From Utricularia gibba (taxonomy: Eukaryota; Plantae; Magnoliophyta), in contig NEEC01000101.1 in assembly GCA_002189035.1 (NCBI GenBank), positions 1 to 64,000 of the forward strand: a stretch of 64,000 nt of DNA. The letters are read 5' to 3'. A program made the translations under genes and the position numbers. Positions 40,481 to 53,400 of the stretch are shown here, piece after piece (position 1 is the stretch's first letter; every line of letters starts with the position of its first letter). Below the pieces are notes generated by a model. The model did no database searches and was not told the DNA's origin. It worked only from the letters and a program-made list of their open reading frames with translations.

Positions 40481-41408
40481 TGTAGCCCGGAAAATAAGTC
40501 ATGCATTTATCAACGTTGGGTTTTCGGCGGCTGCCTAAATGGTTTTTCAAGCAACAGCTTGCCGTTTTAAGGCGGGTGCTGTCGTTGGCAGCTTTGTAGG
40601 GCCCAAGGTTTGGTCTGGCTCCTGAGCCCAATCGGGTCCTACTCGATGAAAATCGTGATGCATTTAATGAAGTTAGGATGTCATGAGCGCCCCAAATGGT
40701 TTTCTCAACAACCTGATTTATATTTGACGAGGTGCTCTAGGCTGGCACTAGTATCGAGCAAATGGTCGAGTCGCGCTCTGGCCCATAGTCATTTGTAGCC
40801 GGTCAAAAAAGTGATGCATTTATTAACGTTGGGTTTTCGGCGGCTGCCTACATGCTTTTTGAAGCAAAAGTTGTCGTTTTTTGGCGGGTGCTGTTGTTGG
40901 GAACTTCGTCCGGACCCAAGGTTCGGTCTGACTTCACAGCACAATAAGGTCCCATTCGACGAAAATCGTGATACCTTTATTGAAGTTAGGATCTCATGAC
41001 CGCCCCAAATGCTTTTTTCAACAGCATGCTTTAAACTTGAGAAGGCGCTTTTGTGGGTCACCGAGATCGGGCCGGAATTCAGGTCGGGCTTGGGGACAAA
41101 GTCAGCTGTAGCCCGTCAAAAGAAGTGATGCATTTATTAACGTTGGTTGTCGGCGGCTGCCCACATGGTTTTTCAAGCAACAGCTTGCCGTTTTAAGGCG
41201 GGTGCTGTCGTTGGCAGCTTTGTAAGGGCCCAAGGTTCGGTCTGGCTCCTGAGCCCAATCGGGTCCTACTCGATGAAAATCGTGATGCATTTGCTTTTGT
41301 TAGGATGTCATGAGAACCCCAATGGGTTTTCTCCACACTCTACTTTATATTTGAGAAGGCGCTCTCGATTGGGCCAGAGGTCGGGTCGGGCTCACGCCCA
41401 TAGTCAGT
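40481..41408. repeat. Isolated 3-mer HOR (A-D-E)
   Basis: A 40481, D ~40794, E ~41106, next A 41409. Confidence 0.82.
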
Positions 41409-44400
41409 TGTAGCCCGGAAAATAAGTCATGCATTTATCAACGTTGGGTTTTCGGCGGCTGCCTAAATGGTTTTTCAAGCAACAGCTTGCCGTTTTAAGG
41501 CGGGTGCTGTCGTTGGCAGCTTTGTAAGGGCCCAAGGTTTGGTCTGGCTCCTGAGCCCAATCGGGTCCTACTCGATGAAAATCGTGATGCATTTAATGAA
41601 GTTAGGATGTCATGAGCGCCCAAATGGTTTTCTCAACAACCTGATTTATATTTGACGAGGTGCTCTAGGCTGGCACTAGTATCGAGCAAATGTCGAGTCG
41701 CGCTCTGGCCATAGTCATTTGTAGCCCGGCCAAAAAAGTGATGCATTTATTAACGTTGGGTTTTCGGCGGCTGCCTACATGCTTTTTCAAGGAAAAGTTG
41801 TCGTTTTTTGGCGGGTGCTGTTGTTGGGAACTTCGTCCGGACCCAAGGTTCGGTCTGACTTCACAGCACAATAAGGTCCCATTCGACGAAAATCGTGATA
41901 CCTTTATTGAAGTTAGGATCTCATGATTACCCCAAATGCTTTTTTCAACAGCATGCTATACACTTGAGAAGGCGCTTTTGTGGGTCACCGAGATCGGCCC
42001 GGAATTCGGGTCGAGCTCGGCCCAAAGTCAGCTGTAGCCCGAAAAGAAGTGATGCATTTATTAACGTTGGGTTGTCGGCGGCTGCCCACATGGTTTTTCA
42101 AGCAACAGCTTGCCGTTTTAAGGCGGGTGCTGTCGTTGCAGCTTTGTAAGGGCCCAAGGTTTGGTCTGGCTCCTGAGCCCAATCGGGTCCTACTCGATGA
42201 AAATCGTGATGCATTTAATGAAGTAGGATGTCATGAGCGCCCCAAATGGTTTTCTCAACAACCTGATTTATATTTGACGAGGTGCTCTAGGCTGGCACTA
42301 GTATCGAGCAAATGGTCGAGTCGCGCTCTGGCCCATAGTCATTTGTAGCCGGCCAAAAAAGTGATGCATTTATTAACGTTGGGTTTTCGGCGGCTGCCTA
42401 CATGCTTTTTGAAGCAAAAGTTGTCGTTTTTTGGCGGGTGCTGTTGTTGGGAACTTCGTCCGGACCCAAGGTTCGGTCTGACTTCACAGCACAATAAGGT
42501 CCCATTCGACGAAAATCGTGATACCTTTATTGAAGTTAGGATCTCATGACCGCCCCAAATGCTTTTTTCAACAGCATGCTTTAAACTTGAGAAGGCGCTT
42601 TTGTGGGTCACCGAGATCGGGCCGGAATTCAGGTCGGGCTTGGGGACAAAGTCAGCTGTAGCCCGTCAAAAGAAGTGATGCATTTATTAACGTTGGTTGT
42701 CGGCGGCTGCCCACATGGTTTTTAAAGCAACAGCTTGCCGTTTTAAGGCGGGTGCTGTCGTTGGCAGCTTTGTAAGGGCCAAGGTTCGGTCTGGCTCCTG
42801 AGCCCAATCGGGTCCTACTCGATGAAAATCGTGATGCATTTGCTTTTGTTAGGATGTCATGAGAACCCCAATGGGTTTTCTCCACACTCTACTTTATATT
42901 TGAGAAGGCGCTCTCGGGGGGTTTAGGGATTGGGCCAGAGGTCGGGTCGGGCTCACGCCCATAGTCAGTTGTAGCCCGGAAAATAAGTCATGCATTTATC
43001 AACGTTGGGTTTTCGGCGGCTGCCTAAATGGTTTTTCAAGCAACAGCTTGCCGTTTTAAGGCGGTGCTGTCGTTGGCAGCTTTGTAAGGGCCCAAGGTTT
43101 GGTCTGGCTCCTGAGCCCAATCGGGTCCTACTCGATGAAAATCGTGATGCATTTAATGAAGTTAGGATGTCATGAGCGCCCCAAATGGTTTTCTCAACAA
43201 CCTGATTTATATTTGACGAGGTGCTCTAGGCTGGCACTAGTATCGAGCAAATGGTCGAGTCGCGCTCTGGCCATAGTCATTTGTAGCCCGGCCAAAAAAG
43301 TGATGCATTTATTAACGTTGGGTTTTCGGCGGCTGCCTACATGCTTTTTGAAGGCAAAAGTTGTCGTTTTTTTGGCGGGTGCTGTTGTTGGAACTTCGTC
43401 CGGACCCAAGGTTCGGTCTGACTTCACAGCACAATAAGGTCCCATTCGACGAAAATCGTGATACCTTTATTGCAGTTAGGATCTCATGATTACCCAAATG
43501 CTTTTTTCAACAGCATGCTATACACTTGAGAAGGCGCTTTTGTGGGTCACCGAGATCGGCCCGGAATTCGGGTCGAGCTCGGGCCCAAAGTCAGCTGTAG
43601 CCCGATAAAAGAAGTGATGCATTTATTAACGTTGGGTTGTCGGCGGCTGCCCACATGGTTTTTCAAGCAACAGCTTGCCGTTTTAAGGCGGGTGCTGTCG
43701 TTGCAGCTTTGTAAGGGCCCAAGGTTTGGTCTGGCTCCTGAGCCCAATCGGGTCCTACTCGATGAAAATCGTGATGCATTTAATGAAGTTAGGATGTCAT
43801 GAGCGCCCCAAATGGTTTTCTCAACAACCTGATTTATATTTGACGAGGTGCTCTAGGCTGGCACTAGTATCGAGCAAATGGTCGAGTCGCGCTCTGGCCC
43901 ATAGTCATTTGTAGCCGGCCAAAAAAGTGATGCATTTATTAACGTTGGGTTTTCGGCGGCTGCCTACATGCTTTTTCAAGGAAAAGTTGTCGTTTTTTGG
44001 CGGGTGCTGTTGTTGGGAACTTCGTCCGGACCCAAGGTTCGGTCTGACTTCACAGCACAATAAGGTCCCATTCGACGAAAATCGTGATACCTTTATTGAA
44101 GTTAGGATCTCATGACCGCCCCAAATGCTTTTTTCAACAGCATGCTTTAAACTTGAGAAGGCGCTTTTGTGGGTCACCGAGATCGGGCCGGAATTCAGGT
44201 CGGGCTTGGGGACAAAGTCAGCTGTAGCCCGTCAAAAGAAGTGATGCATTTATTAACGTTGGTTGTCGGCGGCTGCCCACATGGTTTTTCAAGCAACAGC
44301 TTGCCGTTTTAAGGCGGGTGCTGTCGTTGGCAGCTTTGTAAGGCCCAAGGTTCGGTCTGGCTCCTGAGCCCAATCGGGTCCTACTCGATGAAAATCGTGA

Positions 44401-47400
44401 TGCATTTGCTTTTGTTAGGATGTCATGAGAACCCCAATGGGTTTTCTCCACACTCTACTTTATATTTGAGAAGGCGCTCTCGGGGGGTTTAGGGATTGGG
44501 CCAGAGGTCGGGTCGGGCTCACGCCCATAGTCAGTTGTAGCCCGGAAAATAAGTCATGCATTTATCAACGTTGGGTTTTCGGCGGCTGCCTAAATGGTTT
44601 TTCAAGCAACAGCTTGCCGTTTTAAGGCGGGTGCTGTCGTGGCAGCTTTGTAAGGGCCCAAGGTTTGGTCTGGCTCCTGAGCCCAATCGGGTCCTACTCG
44701 ATGAAAATCGTGATGCATTTAATGAAGTTAGGATGTCATGAGCGCCCCAAATGGTTTTCTCAACAACCTGATTTATATTTGACGAGGTGCTCTAGGCTGG
44801 CACTAGTATCGAGCAAATGGTCGAGTCGCGCTCTGGCCCATAGTCATTTGTAGCCCGGCCAAAAAAGTGATGCATTTATTAACGTTGGGTTTTCGGCGGC
44901 TGCCTACATGCTTTTTGAAGCAAAAGTTGTCGTTTTTTGGCGGGTGCTGTTGTTGGGAACTTCGTCCGGACCCAAGGTTCGGTCTGACTTCACAGCACAA
45001 TAAGGTCCCATTCGACGAAAATCGTGATACCTTTATTGCAGTTAGGATCTCATGATTACCCCAAATGCTTTTTTCAACAGCATGCTATACACTTGAGAAG
45101 GCGCTTTTGTGGGTCACCGAGATCGGCCGGAATTCGGGTCGAGCTCGGGCCCAAAGTCAGCTGTAGCCCGATAAAAGAAGTGATGCATTTATTAACGTTG
45201 GGTTGTCGGCGGCTGCCCACATGGTTTTTCAAGCAACAGCTTGCCGTTTTAAGGCGGGTGCTGTCGTTGCAGCTTTGTAAGGGCCCAAGGTTTGGTCTGG
45301 CTCCTGAGCCCAATCGGGTCCTACTCGATGAAAATCGTGATGCATTTAATGAAGTTAGGATGTCATGAGCGCCCCAAATGGTTTTCTCAACAACCTGATT
45401 TATATTTGACGAGGTGCTCTAGGCTGGCACTAGTATCGAGCAAATGGTCGAGTCGCGCTCTGGCCCATAGTCATTTGTAGCCGGTCAAAAAAGCGATGCA
45501 TTTATTAACGTTGGGTTTTCGGCGGCTGCCTACATGCTTTTTGAAGAAAAGTTGTCGTTTTTTGGCGGGTGCTGTTGTTGGGAACTTCGTCCGGACCCAA
45601 GGTTCGGTCTGACTTCACAGCACAATAAGGTCCCATTCGACGAAAATCGTGATACCTTTATTGAAGTTAGGATCTCATGACCGCCCCAAATGCTTTTTTC
45701 AACAGCATGCTTTAAACTTGAGAAGGCGCTTTTGTGGGTCACCGAGATCGGGCCGGAATTCAGGTCGGGCTTGGGGACAAAGTCAGCTGTAGCCCGTCAA
45801 AAGAAGTGATGCATTTATTAACGTTGGCTTGTCGGCGGCTGCCCACATGGTTTTTTAAAGCAACAGCTTGCCGTTTTAAGGCGGGTGCTGTCGTTGGCAG
45901 CTTTGTAAGGCCCAAGGTTCGGTCTGCTCCTGAGCCCAATCGGGTCCTACTCGATGAAAATCGTGATGCATTTGCTTTTGTTAGGATGTCATGAGAACCC
46001 CAATGGGTTTTCTCCACACTCTACTTTATATTTGAGAAGGCGCTCTCGGGGGGTTTAGGGATTGGGCCAGAGGTCGGGTCGGGCTCACGCCCATAGTCAG
46101 TTGTAGCCCGGAAAATAAGTCATGCATTTATCAACGTTGGGTTTTCGGCGGCTGCCTAAATGGTTTTTCAAGCAACAGCTTGCCGTTTTAAGGCGGGTGC
46201 TGTCGTTGGCAGCTTTGTAGGGCCCAAGGTTTGGTCTGGCTCCTGAGCCCAATCGGTCCTACTCGATGAAAATCGTGATGCATTTAATGAAGTTAGGATG
46301 TCATGAGCGCCCCAAATGGTTTTCTCAACAACCTGATTTATATTTGACGAGGTGCTCTAGGCTGGCACTAGTATCGAGCAAATGGTCGAGTCGCGCTCTG
46401 GCCATAGTCATTTGTAGCCCGGCCAAAAAAGTGATGCATTTATTAACGTTGGGTTTTCGGCGGCTGCCTACATGCTTTTGAAGCAAAAGTTGTCGTTTTT
46501 TGGCGGGTGCTGTTGTTGGGAACTTCGTCCGGACCCAAGGTTCGGTCTGACTTCACAGCACAATAAGGTCCCATTCGACGAAAATCGTGATACCTTTATT
46601 GCAGTTAGGATCTCATGATTACCCCAAATGCTTTTTTCAACAGCATGCTATACACTTGAGAAGGCGCTTTTGTGGGTCACCGAGATCGGCCCGGAATTCG
46701 GGTCGAGCTCGGGCCCAAAGTCAGCTGTAGCCCGATAAAAGAAGTGATGCATTTATTAACGTTGGGTTGTCGGCGGCTGCCCACATGGTTTTTCAAGCAA
46801 CAGCTTGCCGTTTTAAGGCGGGTGCTGTCGTTGACAGCTTTGTAAGGGCCCAAGGTTTGGTCTGGCTCCTGAGCCCAATCGGGTCCTACTCGATGAAAAT
46901 CGTGATGCATTTAATGAAGTTAGGATGTCATGAGCGCCCCAAATGGTTTTCTCAACAACCTGATTTATATTTGACGAGGTGCTCTAGGCTGGCACTAGTA
47001 TCGAGCAAATGGTCGAGTCGCGCTCTGGCCCATAGTCATTTGTAGCCTGGTCAAAAAAGCGATGCATTTATTAACGTTGGGTTTTCGGCGGCTGCCTACA
47101 TGCTTTTTGAAGCAAAAGTTGTCGTTTTTTGGCGGGTGCTGTTGTTGGGAACTTCGTCCGGACCCAAGGTTCGGTCTGACTTCACAGCACAATAAGGTCC
47201 CATTCGACGAAAATCGTGATACCTTTATTGAAGTTAGGATCTCATGACCGCCCCAAATGCTTTTTTCAACAGCATGCTTTAAACTTGAGAAGGCGCTTTT
47301 GTGGGTCACCGAGATCGGGCCGGAATTCAGGTCGGCTTTGGGACAAAGTCAGCTGTAGCCCGTCAAAAGAAGTGATGCATTTATTAACGTTGGCTTGTCG

Positions 47401-50400
47401 GCGGCTGCCCACATGGTTTTTAAAGCAACAGCTTGCCGTTTTAAGGCGGGTGCTGTCGTTGGCAGCTTTGTAAGGCCCAAGGTTCGGTCTGGCTCCTGAG
47501 CCCAATCGGGTCCTACTCGATGAAAATCGTGATGCATTTGCTTTTGTTAGGATGTCATGAGAACCCCAATGGGTTTTCTCCACACTCTACTTTATATTTG
47601 AGAAGGCGCTCTCGGGGGGTTTAGGGATTGGGCCAGAGGTCGGGTCGGGCTCACGCCCATAGTCAGTTGTAGCCCGGAAAATAAGTCATGCATTTATCAA
47701 CGTTGGGTTTTCGGCGGCTGCCTAAATGGTTTTTCAAGCAACAGCTTGCCGTTTTAAGGCGGGTGCTGTCGTTGGCAGCTTTGTACGGGCCCAAGGTTTG
47801 GTCTGGCTCCTGAGCCCAATCGGGTCCTACTCGATGAAAATCGTGATGCATTTAATGAAGTTAGGATGTCATGAGCGCCCCAAATGGTTTTCTCAACAAC
47901 CTGATTTATATTTGACGAGGTGCTCTAGGCTGGCACTAGTATCGAGCAAATGGTCGAGTCGCGCTCTGGCCATAGTCATTTGTAGCCCGGCCAAAAAAGT
48001 GATGCATTTATTAACGTTGGGTTTTCGGCGGCTGCCTACATGCTTTTTGAAGCAAAAGTTGTCGTTTTTTGGCGGGTGCTGTTGTTGGGAACTTCGTCCG
48101 GACCCAAGGTTCGGTCTGACTTCACAGCACAATAAGGTCCCATTCGACGAAAATCGTGATACCTTTATTGCAGTTAGGATCTCATGATTACCCCAAATGC
48201 TTTTTTCAACAGCATGCTATACACTTGAGAAGGCGCTTTTGTGGGTCACCGAGATCGGCCCGGAATTCGGGTCGAGCTCGGGCCCAAAGTCAGCTGTAGC
48301 CCGATAAAAGAAGTGATGCATTTATTAACGTTGGGTTGTCGGCGGCTGCCCACATGGTTTTTCAAGCAACAGCTTGCCGTTTTAAGGCGGGTGCTGTCGT
48401 TGACAGCTTTGTAAGGCCCAAGGTTTGGTCTGGCTCCTGAGCCCAATCGGGTCCTACTCGATGAAAATCGTGATGCATTTAATGAAGTTAGGATGTCATG
48501 AGCGCCCCAAATGGTTTTCTCAACAACCTGATTTATATTTGACGAGGTGCTCTAGGCTGGCACTAGTATCGAGCAAATGGTCGAGTCGCGCTCTGGCCCA
48601 TAGTCATTTGTAGCCTGGTCAAAAAAGCGATGCATTTATTAACGTTGGGTTTTCGGCGGCTGCCTACATGCTTTTTGAAGCAAAAGTTGTCGTTTTTTGG
48701 CGGGTGCTGTTGTTGGGAACTTCGTCCGGACCCAAGGTTCGGTCTGACTTCACAGCACAATAAGGTCCCATTCGACGAAAATCGTGATACCTTTATTGAA
48801 GTTAGGATCTCATGACCGCCCCAAATGCTTTTTTCAACAGCATGCTTTAAACTTGAGAAGGCGCTTTTGTGGGTCACCGAGATCGGGCCGGAATTCAGGT
48901 CGGGCTTGGGGACAAAGTCAGCTGTAGCCCGTCAAAAGAAGTGATGCATTTATTAACGTTGGCTTGTCGGCGGCTGCCCCACATGGTTTTTAAAGCAACA
49001 GCTTGCCGTTTTAAGGCGGGGTGCTGTCGTTGGCAGCTTTGTAAGGCCCAAGGTTCGGTCTGGCTCCTGAGCCCAATCGGGTCCTACTCGATGAAAATCG
49101 TGATGCATTTGCTTTTGTTAGGATGTCATGAGAACCCCAATGGGTTTTCTCCACACTCTACTTTATATTTGAGAAGGCGCTCTCGGGGGGTTTAGGATTG
49201 GGCCAGAGGTCGGGTCGGGCTCACGCCCATAGTCAGTTGTAGCCCGGAAAATAAGTCATGCATTTATCAACGTTGGGTTTTCGGCGGCTGCCTAAATGGT
49301 TTTTCAAGCAACAGCTTGCCGTTTTAAGGCGGTGCTGTCGTTGGCAGCTTTGTACGGGCCCAAGGTTTGGTCTGGCTCCTGAGCCCAATCGGTCCTACTC
49401 GATGAAAATCGTGATGCATTTAATGAAGTTAGGATGTCATGAGCGCCCCAAATGGTTTTCTCAACAACCTGATTTATATTTGACGAGGTGCTCTAGGCTG
49501 GCACTAGTATCGAGCAAATGGTCGAGTCGCGCTCTGGCCATAGTCATTTGTTGCCCGGCCAAAAAAGTGATGCATTTATTAACGTTGGGTTTTCGGCGGC
49601 TGCCTACATGCTTTTTGAAGCAAAAGTTGTCGTTTTTTGGCGGGTGCTGTTGTTGGGAACTTCGTCCGGACCCAAGGTTCGGTCTGACTTCACAGCACAA
49701 TAAGGTCCCATTCGACGAAAATCGTGATACCTTTATTGCAGTTAGGATCTCATGATTACCCCAAATGCTTTTTTCAACAGCATGCTATACACTTGAGAAG
49801 GCGCTTTTGTGGGTCACCGAGATCGGCCCGGAATTCGGGTCGAGCTCGGGCCCAAAGTCAGCTGTAGCCCGATAAAAGAAGTGATGCATTTATTAACGTT
49901 GGGTTGTCGGCGGCTGCCCACATGGTTTTTCAAGCAACAGCTTGCCGTTTTAAGGCGGGTGCTGTCGTTGACAGCTTTGTAAGGGCCCAAGGTTTTGTCT
50001 GGCTCCTGAGCCCAATCGGGTCCTACTCGATGAAAATCGTGATGCATTTAATGAAGTTAGGATGTCATGAGCGCCCCAAATGGTTTTCTCAACAACCTGA
50101 TTTATATTTGACGAGGTGCTCTAGGCTGGCACTAGTATCGAGCAAATGGTCGAGTCGCGCTCTGGCCCATAGTCATTTGTAGCCTGGTCAAAAAAGCGAT
50201 GCATTTATTAACGTTGGGTTTTCGGCGGCTGCCTACATGCTTTTTTGAAGCAAAAGTTGTCGTTTTTTGGCGGGTGCTGTTGTTGGGAACTTCGTCCGGA
50301 CCCAAGGTTCGGTCTGACTTCACAGCACAATAAGGTCCCATTCGACGAAAATCGTGATACCTTTATTGAAGTTAGGATCTCATGACCGCCCCAAATGCTT

Positions 50401-53400
50401 TTTCAACAGCATGCTTTAAACTTGAGAAGGCGCTTTTGTGGGTCACCGAGATCGGGCCGGAATTCAGGTCGGGCTTGGGGACAAAGTCAGCTGTAGCCCG
50501 TCAAAAGAAGTGATGCATTTATTAACGTTGGCTTGTCGGCGGCTGCCCACATGGTTTTTAAAGCAACAGCTTGCCGTTTTAAGGCGGGTGCTGTCGTTGG
50601 CAGCTTTGTAAGGCCCAAGGTTCGGTCTGGCTCCTGAGCCCAATCGGGTCCTACTCGATGAAAATCGTGATGCATTTGCTTTTGTTAGGATGTCATGAGA
50701 ACCCCAATGGGTTTTCTCCACACTCTACTTTATATTTGAGAAGGCGCTCTCGGGGGTTTAGGGATTGGGCCAGAGGTCGGGTCGGGCTCACGCCCATAGT
50801 CAGTTGTAGCCCGGAAAATAAGTCATGCATTTATCAACGTTGGGTTTTCGGCGGCTGCCTAAATGGTTTTTCAAGCAACAGCTTGCCGTTTTAAGGCGGT
50901 GCTGTCGTTGCAGCTTTGTAAGGGCCCAAGGTTTGGTCTGGCTCCTGAGCCCAATCGGTCCTACTCGATGAAAATCGTGATGCATTTAATGAAGTTAGGA
51001 TGTCATGAGCGCCCCAAATGGTTTTCTCAACAACCTGATTTATATTTGACGAGGTGCTCTAGGCTGGCACTAGTATCGAGCAAATGGTCGAGTCGCGCTC
51101 TGGCCATAGTCATTGTTGCCCGGCCAAAAAAGTGATGCATTTATTAACGTTGGGTTTTCGGCGGCTGCCTACATGCTTTTGAAGCAAAAGTTGTCGTTTT
51201 TTGGCGGGTGCTGTTGTTGGGAACTTCGTCCGGACCCAAGGTTCGGTCTGACTTCACAGCACAATAAGGTCCCATTCGACGAAAATCGTGATACCTTTAT
51301 TGCAGTTAGGATCTCATGATTACCCCAAATGCTTTTTTCAACAGCATGCTATACACTTGAGAAGGCGCTTTTGTGGGTCACCGAGATCGGCCCGGAATTC
51401 GGGTCGAGCTCGGGCCCAAAGTCAGCTGTAGCCCGATAAAAGAAGTGATGCATTTATTAACGTTTGGTTGTCGGCGGCTGCCCACATGGTTTTTCAAGCA
51501 ACAGCTTGCCGTTTTAAGGCGGGTGCTGTCGTTGACAGCTTTGTAAGGGCCCAAGGTTTGGTCTGGCTCCTGAGCCCAATCGGGTCCTACTCGATGAAAA
51601 TCGTGATGCATTTAATGAAGTTAGGATGTCATGAGCGCCCCAAATGGTTTTCTCAACAACCTGATTTATATTTGACGAGGTGCTCTAGGCTGGCACTAGT
51701 ATCGAGCAAATGGTCGAGTCGCGCTCTTGCCCATAGTCATTTGTAGCCCGGCCAAAAAAGTGATGCATTTATTAACGTTGGGTTTTCGGCGGCTGCCTAC
51801 ATGCTTTTTCAAGGAAAAGTTGTCGTTTTTTGGCGGGTGCTGTTGTTGGAACTTCGTCCGGACACAAGGTTCGGTCTGACTTCACAGCACAATAAGGTCC
51901 CATTCGACGAAAATCGTGATACCTTTATTGAAGTTAGGATCTCATGACCGCCCCAAATGCTTTTTTCAACAGCATGCTTTAAACTTGAGAAGGCGCTTTT
52001 GTGGGTCACCGAGATCGGGCCGGAATTCAGGTCGGCTTGGGGGACAAAGTCAGCTGTAGCCCGTCAAAAGAAGTGATGCATTTATTAACGTTGGCTTGTC
52101 GGCGGCTGCCCACATGGTTTTTCAAGCAACAGCTTGCCGTTTTAAGGCGGGTGCTGTCGTTGGCAGCTTTGTAAGGGCCCAAGGTTCGGTCTGGCTCCTG
52201 AGCCCAATCGGTCCTACTCGATGAAAATCGTGATGCATTTGCTTTTGTTAGGATGTCATGAGAACCCCAATGGGTTTTCTCCACACTCTACTTTATATTT
52301 GAGAAGGCGCTCTCGGGGGTTTAGGGATTGGCCAGAGGTCGGGTCGGGCTCACGCCCATAGTCAGTTGTAGCCCGGAAAATAAGTCATGCATTTATCAAC
52401 GTTGGGTTTTCGGCGGCTGCCTAAATGGTTTTTCAAGCAACAGCTTGCCGTTTTAAGGCGGGTGCTGTCGTTGGCAGCTTTGTACGGGCCCAAGGTTTGG
52501 TCTGGCTCCTGAGCCCAATCGGGTCCTACTCGATGAAAATCGTGATGCATTTAATGAAGTTAGGATGTCATGAGCGCCCCAAATGGTTTTCTCAACAACC
52601 TGATTTATATTTGACGAGGTGCTCTAGGCTGGCACTAGTATCGAGCAAATGGTCGAGTCGCGCTCTGGCCCATAGTCATTTGTAGCCCGGCCAAAAAAGT
52701 GATGCATTTATTAACGTTGGGTTTTCGGCGGCTGCCTACATGCTTTTTGAGCAAAAGTTGTCGTTTTTTGGCGGGTGCTGTTGTTGGAACTTCGTCCGGA
52801 CCCAAGGTTCGGTCTGACTTCACAGCACAATAAGGTCCCATTCGACGAAAATCGTGATACCTTTATTGCTGTTAGGATCTCATGATTACCCCAAATGCTT
52901 TTTTCAACAGCATGCTATACACTTGAGAAGGCGCTTTTGTGGGTCACCGAGATCGGCCCGGAATTCGGGTCGAGCTCGGGCCCAAAGTCAGCTGTAGCCC
53001 GATAAAAGAAGTGATGCATTTATTAACGTTGGGTTGTCGGCGGCTGCCCACATGGTTTTTCAAGCAACAGCTTGCCGTTTTAAGGCGGGTGCTGTCGTGA
53101 CAGCTTTGTGCCCAAGGTTTGGTCTGGCTCCTGAGCCCAATCGGGTCCTACTCGATGAAAATCGTGATGCATTTAATGAAGTTAGGATGTCATGAGCGCC
53201 CCAAATGGTTTTCTCAACAACCTGATTTATATTTGACGAGGTGCTCTAGGCTGGCACTAGTATCGAGCAAATGGTCGAGTCGCGCTCTGGCCCATAGTCA
53301 TTTGTAGCCTGGTCAAAAAAGCGATGCATTTATTAACGTTGGGTTTTCGGCGGCTGCCTACATGCTTTTTGAAGCAAAAGTTGTCGTTTTTTGGCGGTGC

